DNA from: Chloroflexota bacterium
GTDB taxonomy: Bacteria; Chloroflexota; Anaerolineae; UBA2200
DNA length: 64,000 nt
Direction: 5' to 3'
NCBI GenBank assembly: GCA_014360905.1
Contig: JACIWW010000011.1
Span: 27,428-91,427, forward strand
Within the stretch, counting starts at the first letter, position 1. The number at the start of each line of letters is the position of its first letter. Shown here one piece after another: positions 11,859-21,279 of this stretch. Made by a program: the position numbers and the translations under genes. Below the pieces are notes generated by a model, which worked only from the letters and a program-made list of their open reading frames with translations, did no database searches and was not told the DNA's origin.

Positions 11859-11887
11859 TTGACAGAATTGACCAAAAGCGGTAAGAT
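11859..11887 (+). promoter_or_regulatory. Sigma-70-like promoter candidate (TTGACA-N17-TAAGAT)
   Basis: Perfect -35 hexamer at 11859-11864 and -10 at 11882-11887. This leaves a leader of about 100 nt before the TTG start at 11991. Confidence 0.4.
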
Positions 11888-11990
11888 GCCATCCAGAGGC
11901 TTTACTTATAAAAGGGTCGAGGACAGGGGAAGGCTAAGGAAGTTCTAAAAGCCTCTTCTGCGTAATAACTGACCAAAAGGAGGAATACGA

Positions 11991-12917
11991 TTGCGTTTCG
12001 GAATTGAACAAATGCAGGCTTCATTGTTGATTCAACATGCTCGCACCCTGATGGCTGCCGCTAAGCAGCCTGTAGCAGAGGCATTGCAGGCCATGTCTGT
12101 GCGGTTAGATGTAGATGTAGCTGCTCAAGTAGCCCAGTTGGCGGATATGGGGTTCCAGCTCATTGAGCTGAATCCAGACCTGACTATTTTCTTTCCACAG
12201 TGCTATAACCTGATGGCCATCGAACGTCTGCGTCAGTTGAAGGAAAAACGCCGGCTCAGCTACACTGTGCATTTGCCACTGTGGTCGCTTGAACCTTCTA
12301 CGCCGATGCAGATGGTGCGAGAAGGGTCGGTGGATACACTAGTAGATGCTGTGCTGCGGCTTGCACCGCTGGAGCCTGAAGTCTATATCTTGCATGCTAC
12401 GGGTGCGTTGGCTGCCGAGTTTTCGCGCATGAAAGCACTCGAAATGATGCGCCCTCTAGTCATGAGCCTCTTCGCTGCACAGGCACGCCGTAGCATAGAG
12501 CAGCTTCTGGAACGCACCGGCTTGCCTCCCCGCTTGCTAGCAGTGGAGACTGTCGAGTTTCCGTTCGACCTAACCTTGGGTCTGGCAGAGTCTTTTGACC
12601 TGTCCATATGCCTTGATACTGGCCATGTGCTAGCCGGCTATACCACCGGTGTTTCCCTGTTTGACGCTCTGGAGCAATCCCTGCCGCGCCTGGCAGAAGT
12701 GCATCTACACGATGGATACCACCGCGAATCGCTGGATGGTGTAATACACATCGCTGACCATCTGCCCTTGGGTGCGGGGGATTTACCCTTAGGCGACTTC
12801 CTCGACCGGCTAGCTGGCTCTGGCTTCTCCGGACCAGTGATCTTTGAGTTGACCATTGAAGAAGCCAAGGCTTCCTTAGAGAGGATACGTCAGTTACGCC
12901 CTGCGTTAGTACAGTAA
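11991..12917 (+). CDS. Xylose-isomerase-like TIM-barrel (AP endonuclease 2 superfamily) protein
   Basis: 308 aa with metal-ligand-like motifs: HLPLW, ILHATG, CLDTGHVL, EVHLHDG and HLPLGAGDLP. TTG start lies 8 nt after AAGGAGG. Confidence 0.6.
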   Translation: MRFGIEQMQASLLIQHARTLMAAAKQPVAEALQAMSVRLDVDVAAQVAQLADMGFQLIELNPDLTIFFPQCYNLMAIERLRQLKEKRRLSYTVHLPLWSLEPSTPMQMVREGSVDTLVDAVLRLAPLEPEVYILHATGALAAEFSRMKALEMMRPLVMSLFAAQARRSIEQLLERTGLPPRLLAVETVEFPFDLTLGLAESFDLSICLDTGHVLAGYTTGVSLFDALEQSLPRLAEVHLHDGYHRESLDGVIHIADHLPLGAGDLPLGDFLDRLAGSGFSGPVIFELTIEEAKASLERIRQLRPALVQ

Positions 12918-12919
12918 GT

Positions 12920-12954
12920 AAAAGGGCTTTTGGGGAAAACCCCATAGCCCTTTC
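12920..12954. terminator. Bidirectional hairpin terminator between convergent genes
   Basis: AAAGGGC (12921-27) pairs with GCCCTTT (12947-53). An inner stem is TGGGG-AAAA-CCCCA. A/T runs flank both sides. Confidence 0.6.
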
Positions 12955-12957
12955 TAT

Positions 12958-13902
12958 CTAATCGGGTACAATGCGCGTGCCGGTTTTGCCGCTCAGGGCG
13001 TTTTCGATGTTTTCGGGATTGGTAATCAGGGCTTCCTTCCCTCCTTTTTCCAAGAACCAGATGCTGGCCTGAATCTTGGGTCCCATGCTGCCTTTGTGGA
13101 AGTGCCCTTCGGCAAGATACTTCTTCGCCTCACTTAGGGTCATTCGGTCTAGCCATACTTGGTTAGGCTTGCCATAGTTCAATGCCACTTTCTCCACCGC
13201 TGTAGAGATGAGCAAGAGGTCGGCTTTGATACTGCTGGCGAGCAGGCTACTGGCATAGTCCTTGTCGATAACCGCTTCTGACCCCACCAGGTTGCCCTCC
13301 TCGTCCTCGACGACGGGGATGCCACCACCACCCACTGCCACCACAATGAAACCATTATCGAGAAGCGTTTTAATGGCATCGCGCTCGATGATGCGTTGTG
13401 GGATGGGTGAAGGAACTACGCGTCGCCAACCCCGTCCCGCGTCCTCGACTACAGTCCACCCCTCTTCATCACGGTGCTTGAGTGCCTTCTCCTTATCCAT
13501 GAAAGAACCAATGGGTTTGGAAGGGTTCTGATAAGCCGGGTCATTCTTATCCACCAAAACCTGTGTCACTACGGTCGCTGCCTGCCTTGCCATGCCTCGC
13601 TTGCGGAATTCGTTGTAGAGCGCTTTCTGAATCATGTAGCCGATAGCGCCTTGCGTATCCGCTCCGCAAGAATCCAAAGGTACCGTATGTAGTTCGTGGG
13701 CTGCCAGCTCGGAGCGGCGCAGAATAAAGCCAACTTGTGGCCCATTTCCGTGGGTAATCACCACATCCCAGCCTTGGGCAATCATACCCGCGATGTGCGT
13801 GCATGTCTCCACTACGGCAGCGTACTGGTCCGGGACAGTTTGATGATCTTTGTCTTTGATCAATGAGTTGCCACCGATGGCAACAACTGCAGTCTTAGCC
13901 AT
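12958..13902 (-). CDS. arcC: Carbamate kinase (ArcC / YqeA-like)
   Basis: MAKTAVVAIGGNSL, VITHGNGPQVG and VAVGGGGIPVV motifs. The ATG at 13902 shares 1 nt with the upstream stop (TAATG). The 25-aa N-terminal extension in the ORF track was rejected. Confidence 0.88.
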   Translation of the reverse strand: MAKTAVVAIGGNSLIKDKDHQTVPDQYAAVVETCTHIAGMIAQGWDVVITHGNGPQVGFILRRSELAAHELHTVPLDSCGADTQGAIGYMIQKALYNEFRKRGMARQAATVVTQVLVDKNDPAYQNPSKPIGSFMDKEKALKHRDEEGWTVVEDAGRGWRRVVPSPIPQRIIERDAIKTLLDNGFIVVAVGGGGIPVVEDEEGNLVGSEAVIDKDYASSLLASSIKADLLLISTAVEKVALNYGKPNQVWLDRMTLSEAKKYLAEGHFHKGSMGPKIQASIWFLEKGGKEALITNPENIENALSGKTGTRIVPD

Positions 13903-14942
13903 TACAGTCCTCCCATTGTCAATGCCATAATCGCTTTTTGTACGTGAAGTCGGTTCTCTGCTACATCGTAGATGCATGAACGTGGACCAGACGCAACTTC
14001 ATCAGTCACTTCATGGCCACGATCGATGGGCATGGGGTGTGTAAAGATTGCATTGTCAGTTAGTTTCATCTTTTCCGCATCGCAAATCCACTGCGGGTAT
14101 TGAAGTGCTTTCTCAATCTCTTGCTTTTTCAAGAATTCGCCATTTTGATAGGCTTGCGGGCTCATCCAGTGGCGAGAGTAGACCACATGCGCACCCTCAT
14201 AACCTTTCTGGATATCGTGAGTGATAGCGAAGGTGCGGCCATTCGCTATGCAATTCTGCTTTGTCCAGGCAATAACCGCTGGATCCAGATCATAGCCCTC
14301 CGGATAGGCCAGGGTGACATCCATGCCAAAACGGCTACCAATCAACAATGCTTCCTGCACACTGCACCAGGAGCGCGCCAGCGCTCCATGGCCCCAGATA
14401 ACGAGAAGCTTCTTCCCCGACAACACTCCAGGATCAACTCCCCGCCCTGGCCCCTTGCCAAACCACTCAGCCCAGCCCATGATATCAGCTAGGCCCTGGC
14501 AAGGATGGTACTTGTCATGAGCCATGGAAATAACGGGGATATCGCACCAATAGGCGTAATCGCGCAGCAAGGCATCCCCTTCGCCATAGGCGCCAATCTG
14601 ATCCTCTAGGATACGAATCCCTAGGCCGGCCGCATAGCGACTCATCACTTTGGCTGCATCTTCCACGGTCTCCCCAGCCGCAGTGGCCGTTTTCAAACGC
14701 ATAGCTTTGGGTTCCAGGAATTGGGCATGCCCCCCCAGTTCCGTAGCGGCGCATTCGAAAGACTGCCGTGTACGCACAGAAGGATTGTAGAAGAACATGA
14801 AAAAGGTCTTGTTCCTCAAGATGTTGGAATACTTTTCGGAGAAACGATCTCGCTTCATCTTTGCAGCCAAATCGAGGACAGCCTCCAACTCGGCTTTTGA
14901 CCACTCCTGTGTGGTCACTAAATCTTTACCATATAGATCCAT
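13902..14942 (-). CDS. ygeW: YgeW/AOTCase-type (knotted) carbamoyltransferase
   Basis: FFYNPSVRTRQSFE carbamoyl-phosphate motif. FGMDVTLAYPEGYDLDPAVIAWTKQN closely resembles E. coli YgeW FGMDVTLAHPEGYDL. The C-terminal AENRLHVQKAIMAL is as in acetylornithine-type transcarbamylases. Confidence 0.8.
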   Translation of the reverse strand: MDLYGKDLVTTQEWSKAELEAVLDLAAKMKRDRFSEKYSNILRNKTFFMFFYNPSVRTRQSFECAATELGGHAQFLEPKAMRLKTATAAGETVEDAAKVMSRYAAGLGIRILEDQIGAYGEGDALLRDYAYWCDIPVISMAHDKYHPCQGLADIMGWAEWFGKGPGRGVDPGVLSGKKLLVIWGHGALARSWCSVQEALLIGSRFGMDVTLAYPEGYDLDPAVIAWTKQNCIANGRTFAITHDIQKGYEGAHVVYSRHWMSPQAYQNGEFLKKQEIEKALQYPQWICDAEKMKLTDNAIFTHPMPIDRGHEVTDEVASGPRSCIYDVAENRLHVQKAIMALTMGGL

Positions 14943-15045
14943 ACAACCTCCTTGAAATAAAATTTGTTATGCCCACGTATAAAGCATGGCAGGTCCCGAT
15001 TTGCAGAACCTAGCGATCTACGATCCATGCCCCAGGCTTATACCA

Positions 15046-15603
15046 TCAACTTTTGACACTGAAACCGTGTACTCCCAACAACTGACCTAGGCTCCAATAG
15101 CGGTGACTTCCGTAAATCAAGGGTCTAGCCTTGTTCAAATCCAATTCTCTCTGCTCATTCAATACGTTCTCATCCATCTGTACGGCTACGATCTTGCCCA
15201 AAAATAGGTCGTGTGTCCCTAAGGGCAATATCTGCTCTACCTTGCACTCAATATTAACTGGACATTCAGCAATCACGGCGGTCTCGATCGCTTTTGCTGG
15301 TGCAGGAGTTAGTCCTGTCGCCGCAAACTTATCCACCTTCCGTCCAGAGACCGATCCACAGTAATCCAACACTCGCACTAGGTCTGTGGTGGGCAGATTG
15401 AGCGCAAATTCGCCATGTTCTTTCACCAAGCCATGCGAGTAGCGCGATGGGCGGATACTAATACCAACCATTGGCGGGTCAGAACACACCGTCCCTACCC
15501 ATGCCAGGGTAATGATATTGGGTTTATCAACTGGACCACATGTCACCATCACCACTGGGACAGGATACAGATATGTGCCTGGTTTAACAGCGACTTTGAC
15601 CAT
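15046..15603 (-). CDS. Flavin reductase-like (FMN-binding split-barrel) protein
   Basis: 185 aa. The pattern PVPVVMVTCG...NIITLAWVGTVCSDPPMVGISIRP...HGLVKEHGEFALNL is typical of the Flavin_Reduct domain. Confidence 0.75.
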   Translation of the reverse strand: MVKVAVKPGTYLYPVPVVMVTCGPVDKPNIITLAWVGTVCSDPPMVGISIRPSRYSHGLVKEHGEFALNLPTTDLVRVLDYCGSVSGRKVDKFAATGLTPAPAKAIETAVIAECPVNIECKVEQILPLGTHDLFLGKIVAVQMDENVLNEQRELDLNKARPLIYGSHRYWSLGQLLGVHGFSVKS

Positions 15604-15734
15604 CTTTATGTTGCCCCCTTTTGTTGTTTTTGAGTGAGACAGGTTTTGTTAGCAATGCCCCAAGAAAGCGAATGCATGGTCAATGACATGATTGTCTTTC
15701 TTCTCTTGGCACAAGGCTTATGAGCGTTGCCTAG

Positions 15735-16925
15735 TTATCTCCCTGCTAGCAAATCTGCTGCTATTCGTGCGTATGCACGAGTAGCTGCCACAAGGTCAGC
15801 GATGCTCACTCGCTCTTCGACAGTATGCACGTATTTCTCTTCCCCTGGGCCAAAGCCCACCGTAGGAATGCCAGCAACGCCAGCTGTGTATACGCCATCT
15901 GTGGAGAAATCCCAGCGGCCAATCCGGGGCCGGTAGCCCAATTCGCGCTCAATCGCACTAGCGCAGCGGCGAACCCATTCGTTGTTCTCTGGCGTAGCCC
16001 AGCAGGGGAAGTACTGCCGAACCCGGAATTCGTAGCCCGTATAGCTCCGGAGATGATCTTCAGTAACCTCTACGGTTGCATCCGCCCCCTCACGATTAAT
16101 GAGATTCTTGATCTCAGCCAGGGCCTTGGCTTCCGTTTCACCGCTAGTCAAGCGCCGATCCAGGTACAACATGCAACGATCAGGTACTGCATTCCGGCTA
16201 CAGGCCATGCTTTCGATGCGGATCACAGCAATGCTTGCTCTGCCCAGAAAGCTATCCACCTCCATTTGGGGCGCCATTAATTCGATTCCCACCACCATTC
16301 TGGCAGCCTCATAGATGGCGTTCTTGCCACGCTCGGGCATTGAGGAATGGCAAGACCTGCCATAAGTAGTGATCTTGAGTTCCAAACGACCCCGTTGACC
16401 CCGTGTGAGTTGTAGCCCGCTGGATTCTCCAATCACTACAAAGTCAGGCAGAATGCCTTCTTCTTCAATGAGAACACGTATTGCTGCGCCTTCACAGGGT
16501 TCTTCCTGTACCACGCTCACTACATACAGGTTGCCTTGCAGCTCCACTCCTGAATCAATCAGTGCCTTGCCTGCATGGACCATAGCAGCCACGGCCCCCT
16601 TCATATCTGCGGCACCCAAGCCGTAGAGCATGCCATCCACGATCTTAGCCTCGTAAGGGCCATAAGGCCATCTCGAGGGATCACCGCAGTTGACGGTGTC
16701 CATGTGGCCTTCTAGCATAATGGTTGGGCCATGACCGTTGCCGATACGACCGACAACATTGCCCATGCGGTCAGTCCGCACCTCTGGAAAGCCCGCTTGC
16801 TTCATTTCCTCGATCAAACGCTTTGCCACCTGCTCCTCTTTGCCAGAGGGACTGGGGATACGAATCAAATCCTGTGCAAAACTGACCAATTGTTTTATCT
16901 GTTCAGAAGAAAGTTCTATAGCCAT
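15735..16925 (-). CDS. ygeY: YgeY-family M20 metallopeptidase/amidohydrolase
   Basis: Matches to E. coli YgeY by eye: TRGQRGRLELKITTYGRSCHSSMPERGKNAIY, DRRLTSGET, and WDFSTDGV...GIPTVGFGPGEEKYVHTVEE. The ATG at 16925 shares 1 nt with the upstream TGA (TGATG). Confidence 0.8.
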   Translation of the reverse strand: MAIELSSEQIKQLVSFAQDLIRIPSPSGKEEQVAKRLIEEMKQAGFPEVRTDRMGNVVGRIGNGHGPTIMLEGHMDTVNCGDPSRWPYGPYEAKIVDGMLYGLGAADMKGAVAAMVHAGKALIDSGVELQGNLYVVSVVQEEPCEGAAIRVLIEEEGILPDFVVIGESSGLQLTRGQRGRLELKITTYGRSCHSSMPERGKNAIYEAARMVVGIELMAPQMEVDSFLGRASIAVIRIESMACSRNAVPDRCMLYLDRRLTSGETEAKALAEIKNLINREGADATVEVTEDHLRSYTGYEFRVRQYFPCWATPENNEWVRRCASAIERELGYRPRIGRWDFSTDGVYTAGVAGIPTVGFGPGEEKYVHTVEERVSIADLVAATRAYARIAADLLAGR

Positions 16926-18352
16926 CAATATGCTCCAGTTCCTAAGATTATTGCCGGAATGGTCCTTAAAGCAATCTTCAAGTCAAGCCACAAGGACCAA
17001 TTCTCGACGTAGTAGATGTCCAAGAGAACCATATCGTCAAAGGACAAGTTGCTGCGCCCACTCACTTGCCACAGGCCAGTGAGGCCGGGCCAGGTCTCCA
17101 GACGTTTCTTATGCCACTCCTGATATTGCTCTACTTCACGGGGCAAGGCTGGTCTTGGGCCAACTAGGCTCATTTCCCCCTTCAGCACGTTATAAAACTG
17201 TGGTAGTTCGTCCAAGCTGCTCCGCCGTAAGAATTTGCCCAGCATCGTGCGCCGCGGATCATCTCTTATTTTGAAAAGCGGTCCAGTTGCTTCGTTCAAG
17301 TTCGTCAGTGCTTCACGTTCTAATTCGGCTCCGTGATACATGGAGCGAAACTTGTACACCGTAAAGGGACGTCCCCCACGTCCGATTCGAGTCTGTTTGA
17401 AAATGATGGGGCCAGGAGAATCCAGCTTGATCAGGACCGCAATGAGCAGCATCAATGGTGATAGCAGGATTAAAAAGAGAAGAGAAAAAATAATGTCTAT
17501 GGCTCGCTTGAGAGCTAGATTCCAGCCTTTAATAGAAACCGATTTTATGCCAATAAGAGGTATGCCGCCAAGGTCATCGATATCCACCTGGCTCAGGCTA
17601 ATCTGGAAGAGATCTGGAACGATCTTGATGCTCACTCGGAGGCGCTCGCATTGCCCCATAATGCCCAGGATCTTGCGATAATACAGCCAGGGGAGGGTGA
17701 TGAGCACCGTATCCACATGGTAATTTTTGATGATCTCCGGGATCTGATCTGTATTGCCCAGGCCCTTAAAACGGCCCAGATCCCGGTTGCCTCGTTCAGG
17801 TTTGTCGTCCACAAAACCTACCACCTGGTAGCCCAGCTCAGGCTGTGCTACGATGTTGCGCATAATGGTGCGCCCTGTCTCGCCAGCACCAACGATGAGC
17901 ACACGCTGCACTCCATAGCCTCGTTTGCGCAACTGACCTTCAATCATCTTCTCTATTGCGCGCGACATTGTCAATAACACGCCAATCATGGCACCGGCAT
18001 AGGCAGGGATCAACCTGGAGAGTAGGACGGCACGGTAACCCAGTGAGAGCACGTAGAGAGCAGCTACACCAGTCACGAGGCCTCGCAGGATAATATAGGT
18101 ATCATTGGAGAGGGAATGCCTGCGCTTGGAACTATATAATCCCTCTGTCCAGAATATGAACACTAAAATGGTTGTAAGCGCAAGGGAATAGGGCCAATAC
18201 ACGCTGTATGGTACCCAAAAGGCTTCATCTACCGGACGGAACCATTGCCACTGATAGCGAATCAGATAGGCAATAAAGAAGCCAGTATTGATCAACAGAA
18301 TATCAGTGAGCACCTTAAGAAGGGATATATATCGCCCTCTTTTGAAAGACAC
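16925..18352 (-). CDS. Polyprenyl-phosphate hexose-1-phosphate transferase (WbaP/EpsL-type priming enzyme)
   Basis: 475 aa. It has N-terminal TM helices, a Rossmann-like RVLIVGAGETG region, and a C-terminal sugar-transferase domain (PGPIIFKQTRIGRGGRPFTVYKFRSM, SLVGPRP, PGLTGLWQVSGRS). GTG start. Confidence 0.9.
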   Translation of the reverse strand: MSFKRGRYISLLKVLTDILLINTGFFIAYLIRYQWQWFRPVDEAFWVPYSVYWPYSLALTTILVFIFWTEGLYSSKRRHSLSNDTYIILRGLVTGVAALYVLSLGYRAVLLSRLIPAYAGAMIGVLLTMSRAIEKMIEGQLRKRGYGVQRVLIVGAGETGRTIMRNIVAQPELGYQVVGFVDDKPERGNRDLGRFKGLGNTDQIPEIIKNYHVDTVLITLPWLYYRKILGIMGQCERLRVSIKIVPDLFQISLSQVDIDDLGGIPLIGIKSVSIKGWNLALKRAIDIIFSLLFLILLSPLMLLIAVLIKLDSPGPIIFKQTRIGRGGRPFTVYKFRSMYHGAELEREALTNLNEATGPLFKIRDDPRRTMLGKFLRRSSLDELPQFYNVLKGEMSLVGPRPALPREVEQYQEWHKKRLETWPGLTGLWQVSGRSNLSFDDMVLLDIYYVENWSLWLDLKIALRTIPAIILGTGAY

Positions 18353-19531
18353 CTATCCGCCTCCAGCGAGAACAGCTCGGTAAATTTGTATCGTCTCCCG
18401 CGCCATGCGCGACCAGGAAAACTGCTGTGCCTGTTCTGGCCCGCGTGAAGCCAGATCAAAACGGAGCTGCGCGTTGTTGCAGAGCAGTGAAAGGGCATTG
18501 GCCCATTCGTCCGGGTTGTGTGGATCCACTAACAATGCTGCATTGCCCACCACCTCTGGAAGTGAAGAGGCATTCGAGACGATAACCGGTGTTCCACAAG
18601 CCATAGCCTCTAACGGGGGCAAGCCAAAACCCTCATACAGCGAAGGATAGACAAAGACGTCTGCTGTATTATACCACAATGGCAGGTCATCTTCAGGGAT
18701 GAAACCTGGGAAAAGCACTTCGTTCTGTAATCCCAACTCCTCCACAGCAGTGAAAAGAGGTTGGCAAAGCCAACCAACGCTCCCGGCTAGCACTAGCTTA
18801 TAATTGGTTTTTGTCTGCTGTTTGAAGTGTGCGTACGCTTTCAGCAGAGTTAAGAGGTTTTTCCGCGGCTCCAAAGTGCCGACAAACAGGATGAACCTCT
18901 CTGGCAGGTTGCAGCGATGGCGAAAGTTGTTCAGAACAGATGCATCTTGGATGGGGTGGTAGGCGGAATCTACTCCCGGGAATATAACCGTGATTTTTGT
19001 CGCTGGCACATCAAAAAACCTATGCAGATCCTGAGCGGTGCTGGCAGAGATCGCAATCAAGTGAGATGCCCGGTGCACGCTCAATTGCGTGAAAAATCTC
19101 TGATAGAAGCGCTGGGGTGCGCGAAAGCTCTCTGGAAAGACCATGAAGCTGAGATCGGTAACTGTGACTACACCCTGGCAGGGCAGAATGAGAGGCTGGA
19201 CATTGACTGGCGAATGCAGCAAGGCAATATCTTCTGCCAGCAACTCGAACGGTTGCAGGAATTGTTCCCAGAAAATTCTAACCCAAGGCCTATAGGTTGG
19301 CAGAGAAGAGCGTTTCTGTCTATAAGATAACGAAAGGGCGCAACGGTTGTTGAGAAAAACTGTGTAATCGCCCTCTGGATCCTCACGAGCAATATGCATA
19401 AGCAAATTATAAATATAACGGCTCACTCCTGCGGAGCGATAGCCTTCTCCTTGAGCCAGCAAATGTGCATTGATACCAACCCGACGAGCATTCAACGAGC
19501 CTGTTCCTGGTTTCCTTTCCACAATTTGCAT
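18353..19531 (-). CDS. Glycosyltransferase family 4 (GT-B)
   Basis: 392 aa. C-terminal motif is YPSLYEGFGLPPLEAMACGTPVIVSN. The stop directly abuts the priming-transferase start. Confidence 0.8.
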   Translation of the reverse strand: MQIVERKPGTGSLNARRVGINAHLLAQGEGYRSAGVSRYIYNLLMHIAREDPEGDYTVFLNNRCALSLSYRQKRSSLPTYRPWVRIFWEQFLQPFELLAEDIALLHSPVNVQPLILPCQGVVTVTDLSFMVFPESFRAPQRFYQRFFTQLSVHRASHLIAISASTAQDLHRFFDVPATKITVIFPGVDSAYHPIQDASVLNNFRHRCNLPERFILFVGTLEPRKNLLTLLKAYAHFKQQTKTNYKLVLAGSVGWLCQPLFTAVEELGLQNEVLFPGFIPEDDLPLWYNTADVFVYPSLYEGFGLPPLEAMACGTPVIVSNASSLPEVVGNAALLVDPHNPDEWANALSLLCNNAQLRFDLASRGPEQAQQFSWSRMARETIQIYRAVLAGGG

Positions 19532-19562
19532 ATTATATGCCTAAAGAGAAAGTCGGCAAACG

Positions 19563-20672
19563 TCAATAAGCGGTTAGTAGCTGTTGATATATTGCGTATG
19601 TTTTGGCAGCAATTCGCTGCTGGGTGTAATATTCTAGCACTCGTGTCCGGCCGCGCTGTCCCAACTCGACACACAATCCAGGATCGCTCATTAACTTGAG
19701 CAGGGCGTCGCGCAGCGCTTCTGTTTGACCCTCAGGGAATACCAACCCCGCCTCTCCAATAACATGAGGTATCTCTCCCGATGATGAACCGATCACAGGC
19801 ACTTCACATGCCATGGCCTCTACTAACACCCGCCCAAATTGTTCTTTCCAATTACGGCGAGTGAGCGAGGGCAACACCAGCACATTCAGGCTATTCAGAC
19901 GGTACGGCATCTCTCTGGATGGCACACTGGGCTGAAAAGTCACCCGCTGTTCAATGCCTAAAGTTTTGGTCAGGCTTTTCAGCGTTGGCAAATAGGGGCC
20001 ATCGCCAATGATATGTAGCCTCCAATTGCCAGGCAACTCAGCCACTGCCCTGAGCAGTATATGCACGCCCTTTTCTTCCACCAGACGGCCGGCATAGCCG
20101 ATGACGAACGCTGCGTCTTGGCGTGGGATCCATTCCATCCTGCGATAGAGATCAGGATCTACGCCAAATTGCGGAAGCACGTAGATCGTTCTGTCATAGC
20201 CCTTGGCACGCAACACATCACGCGCTTCTTGATTGCCTGCAATAGCGCAAGCAGCGTGCTGCAGATTATAACGCTCAATTAGGCTGAATGGAAATGGATA
20301 GCGACGCAACAAGTTCTGCCAGGTGAAGAACAACGCCTTGGACTTGCTCTTTTGTGCTATGTGCATTGCCTGGAAAGTCGCCAGATTATAGGGCTCCTCG
20401 TCAATATGCAGGATATGCGGGCGCACGCGGTGCACCAGCACGTCTAATCCGCGGTAAAAATGCACGTGAAAATGGCCGTTGAATACGATGGGCAGGACGT
20501 ACAACTGATAGCCGGAGGTATACATCTTTTCGAGGCTCAAGATCTTGCCCTTTTCCTTCCAGCAGGGCGGGACAGCCAGAGACAGCTCCATATCAGGGAA
20601 GCGCGCAAGTTCTTCGAGCTTTCTCTGATACATGCCCACAACGAAAGCTTTGGAAATCATTAAAACACGCAA
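19563..20672 (-). CDS. Glycosyltransferase family 4 (GT-B)
   Basis: LPSLTRRNWKEQFGRVLVEAMACEVPVIGSSSGEIP motif. The start is ambiguous among GTG 20702, TTG 20672 (giving MRVLMISKAF, the usual GT4 N-terminus) and ATG 20660. Confidence 0.75.
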   Translation of the reverse strand: MRVLMISKAFVVGMYQRKLEELARFPDMELSLAVPPCWKEKGKILSLEKMYTSGYQLYVLPIVFNGHFHVHFYRGLDVLVHRVRPHILHIDEEPYNLATFQAMHIAQKSKSKALFFTWQNLLRRYPFPFSLIERYNLQHAACAIAGNQEARDVLRAKGYDRTIYVLPQFGVDPDLYRRMEWIPRQDAAFVIGYAGRLVEEKGVHILLRAVAELPGNWRLHIIGDGPYLPTLKSLTKTLGIEQRVTFQPSVPSREMPYRLNSLNVLVLPSLTRRNWKEQFGRVLVEAMACEVPVIGSSSGEIPHVIGEAGLVFPEGQTEALRDALLKLMSDPGLCVELGQRGRTRVLEYYTQQRIAAKTYAIYQQLLTAY

Positions 20673-20769
20673 GTGAGCTACCCTACTTTTTGGAAGTAAC
20701 ACGTAAATCCTATTGTATCACTTGCAGGCTGGCAGGCAAAACAAGCAACGAAGGCGAGATGCACTGCAT

Positions 20770-20797
20770 TTGACAAAAGGGCAGTTTTGAGTATGAT
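20770..20797 (+). promoter_or_regulatory. Promoter candidate for csp (TTGACA-N16-TATGAT) with ~185-nt 5' UTR
   Basis: Hexamers at 20770-20775 and 20792-20797. A long leader is typical of cold-shock genes. Confidence 0.4.
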
Positions 20798-20984
20798 AAT
20801 AATTGTGGTTGAGGATTCGTCTGTACTCATAGTTTTGTAGAAATGCCGCGGAGGCCTGTTTGTGCTGGCCTCGGCGGCTTTGTGCTTGTGGAAGACTGCA
20901 ATCCTCTGCCATCGCGATTATGTTTCCGCCCTCCGGTCTTTGACCGGTCTTTAAGTATTGCTGTAAGGAAGGAGGTGCGCACAA

Positions 20985-21200
20985 ATGGCGGAGAGAACCG
21001 TGGGTACGGTAAAGTGGTTCAGCCGCGTGAAGGGGTACGGGTTCATCCAGCCCGATGGAGGTACTGAGGATGTCTTTGTGCACTACTCAGCCATCGTCGG
21101 GGAAGGATTCCGAAACCTGGAACAAGGCCAGCGAGTGGAATTCACTATCGAAGATAGTCCAAAAGGTCCACAAGCGGCTCAGGTAGTGAAGCTGGACTAG
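20985..21200 (+). CDS. csp: Cold-shock protein (CspA family)
   Basis: [17 protein letters not shown] (RNP1) and VFVHYSAI (RNP2). 71 aa. RBS is AAGGAGGTG. Confidence 0.95.
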   Translation: MAERTVGTVKWFSRVKGYGFIQPDGGTEDVFVHYSAIVGEGFRNLEQGQRVEFTIEDSPKGPQAAQVVKLD

Positions 21201-21279
21201 CAGGGGAAGCACTTTATCCATCCATCTCGGACTGAAGGTCTTATCTTCGGCCCCCTAGGCTTGGAATAGAGGATTCCCA

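Noticed and set aside
13903-13977. 25-aa N-terminal extension of the carbamate kinase ORF
   Set aside because: The conserved N-terminus MAKTAVVAIGGNSL begins at 13902. The extension would lie inside ygeW.
20718-21083. 121-aa minus-strand ORF upstream of and overlapping csp
   Set aside because: It covers the csp promoter, the 5' UTR and the start codon. It has no RBS and a Cys/Arg-rich composition that looks non-protein-like.
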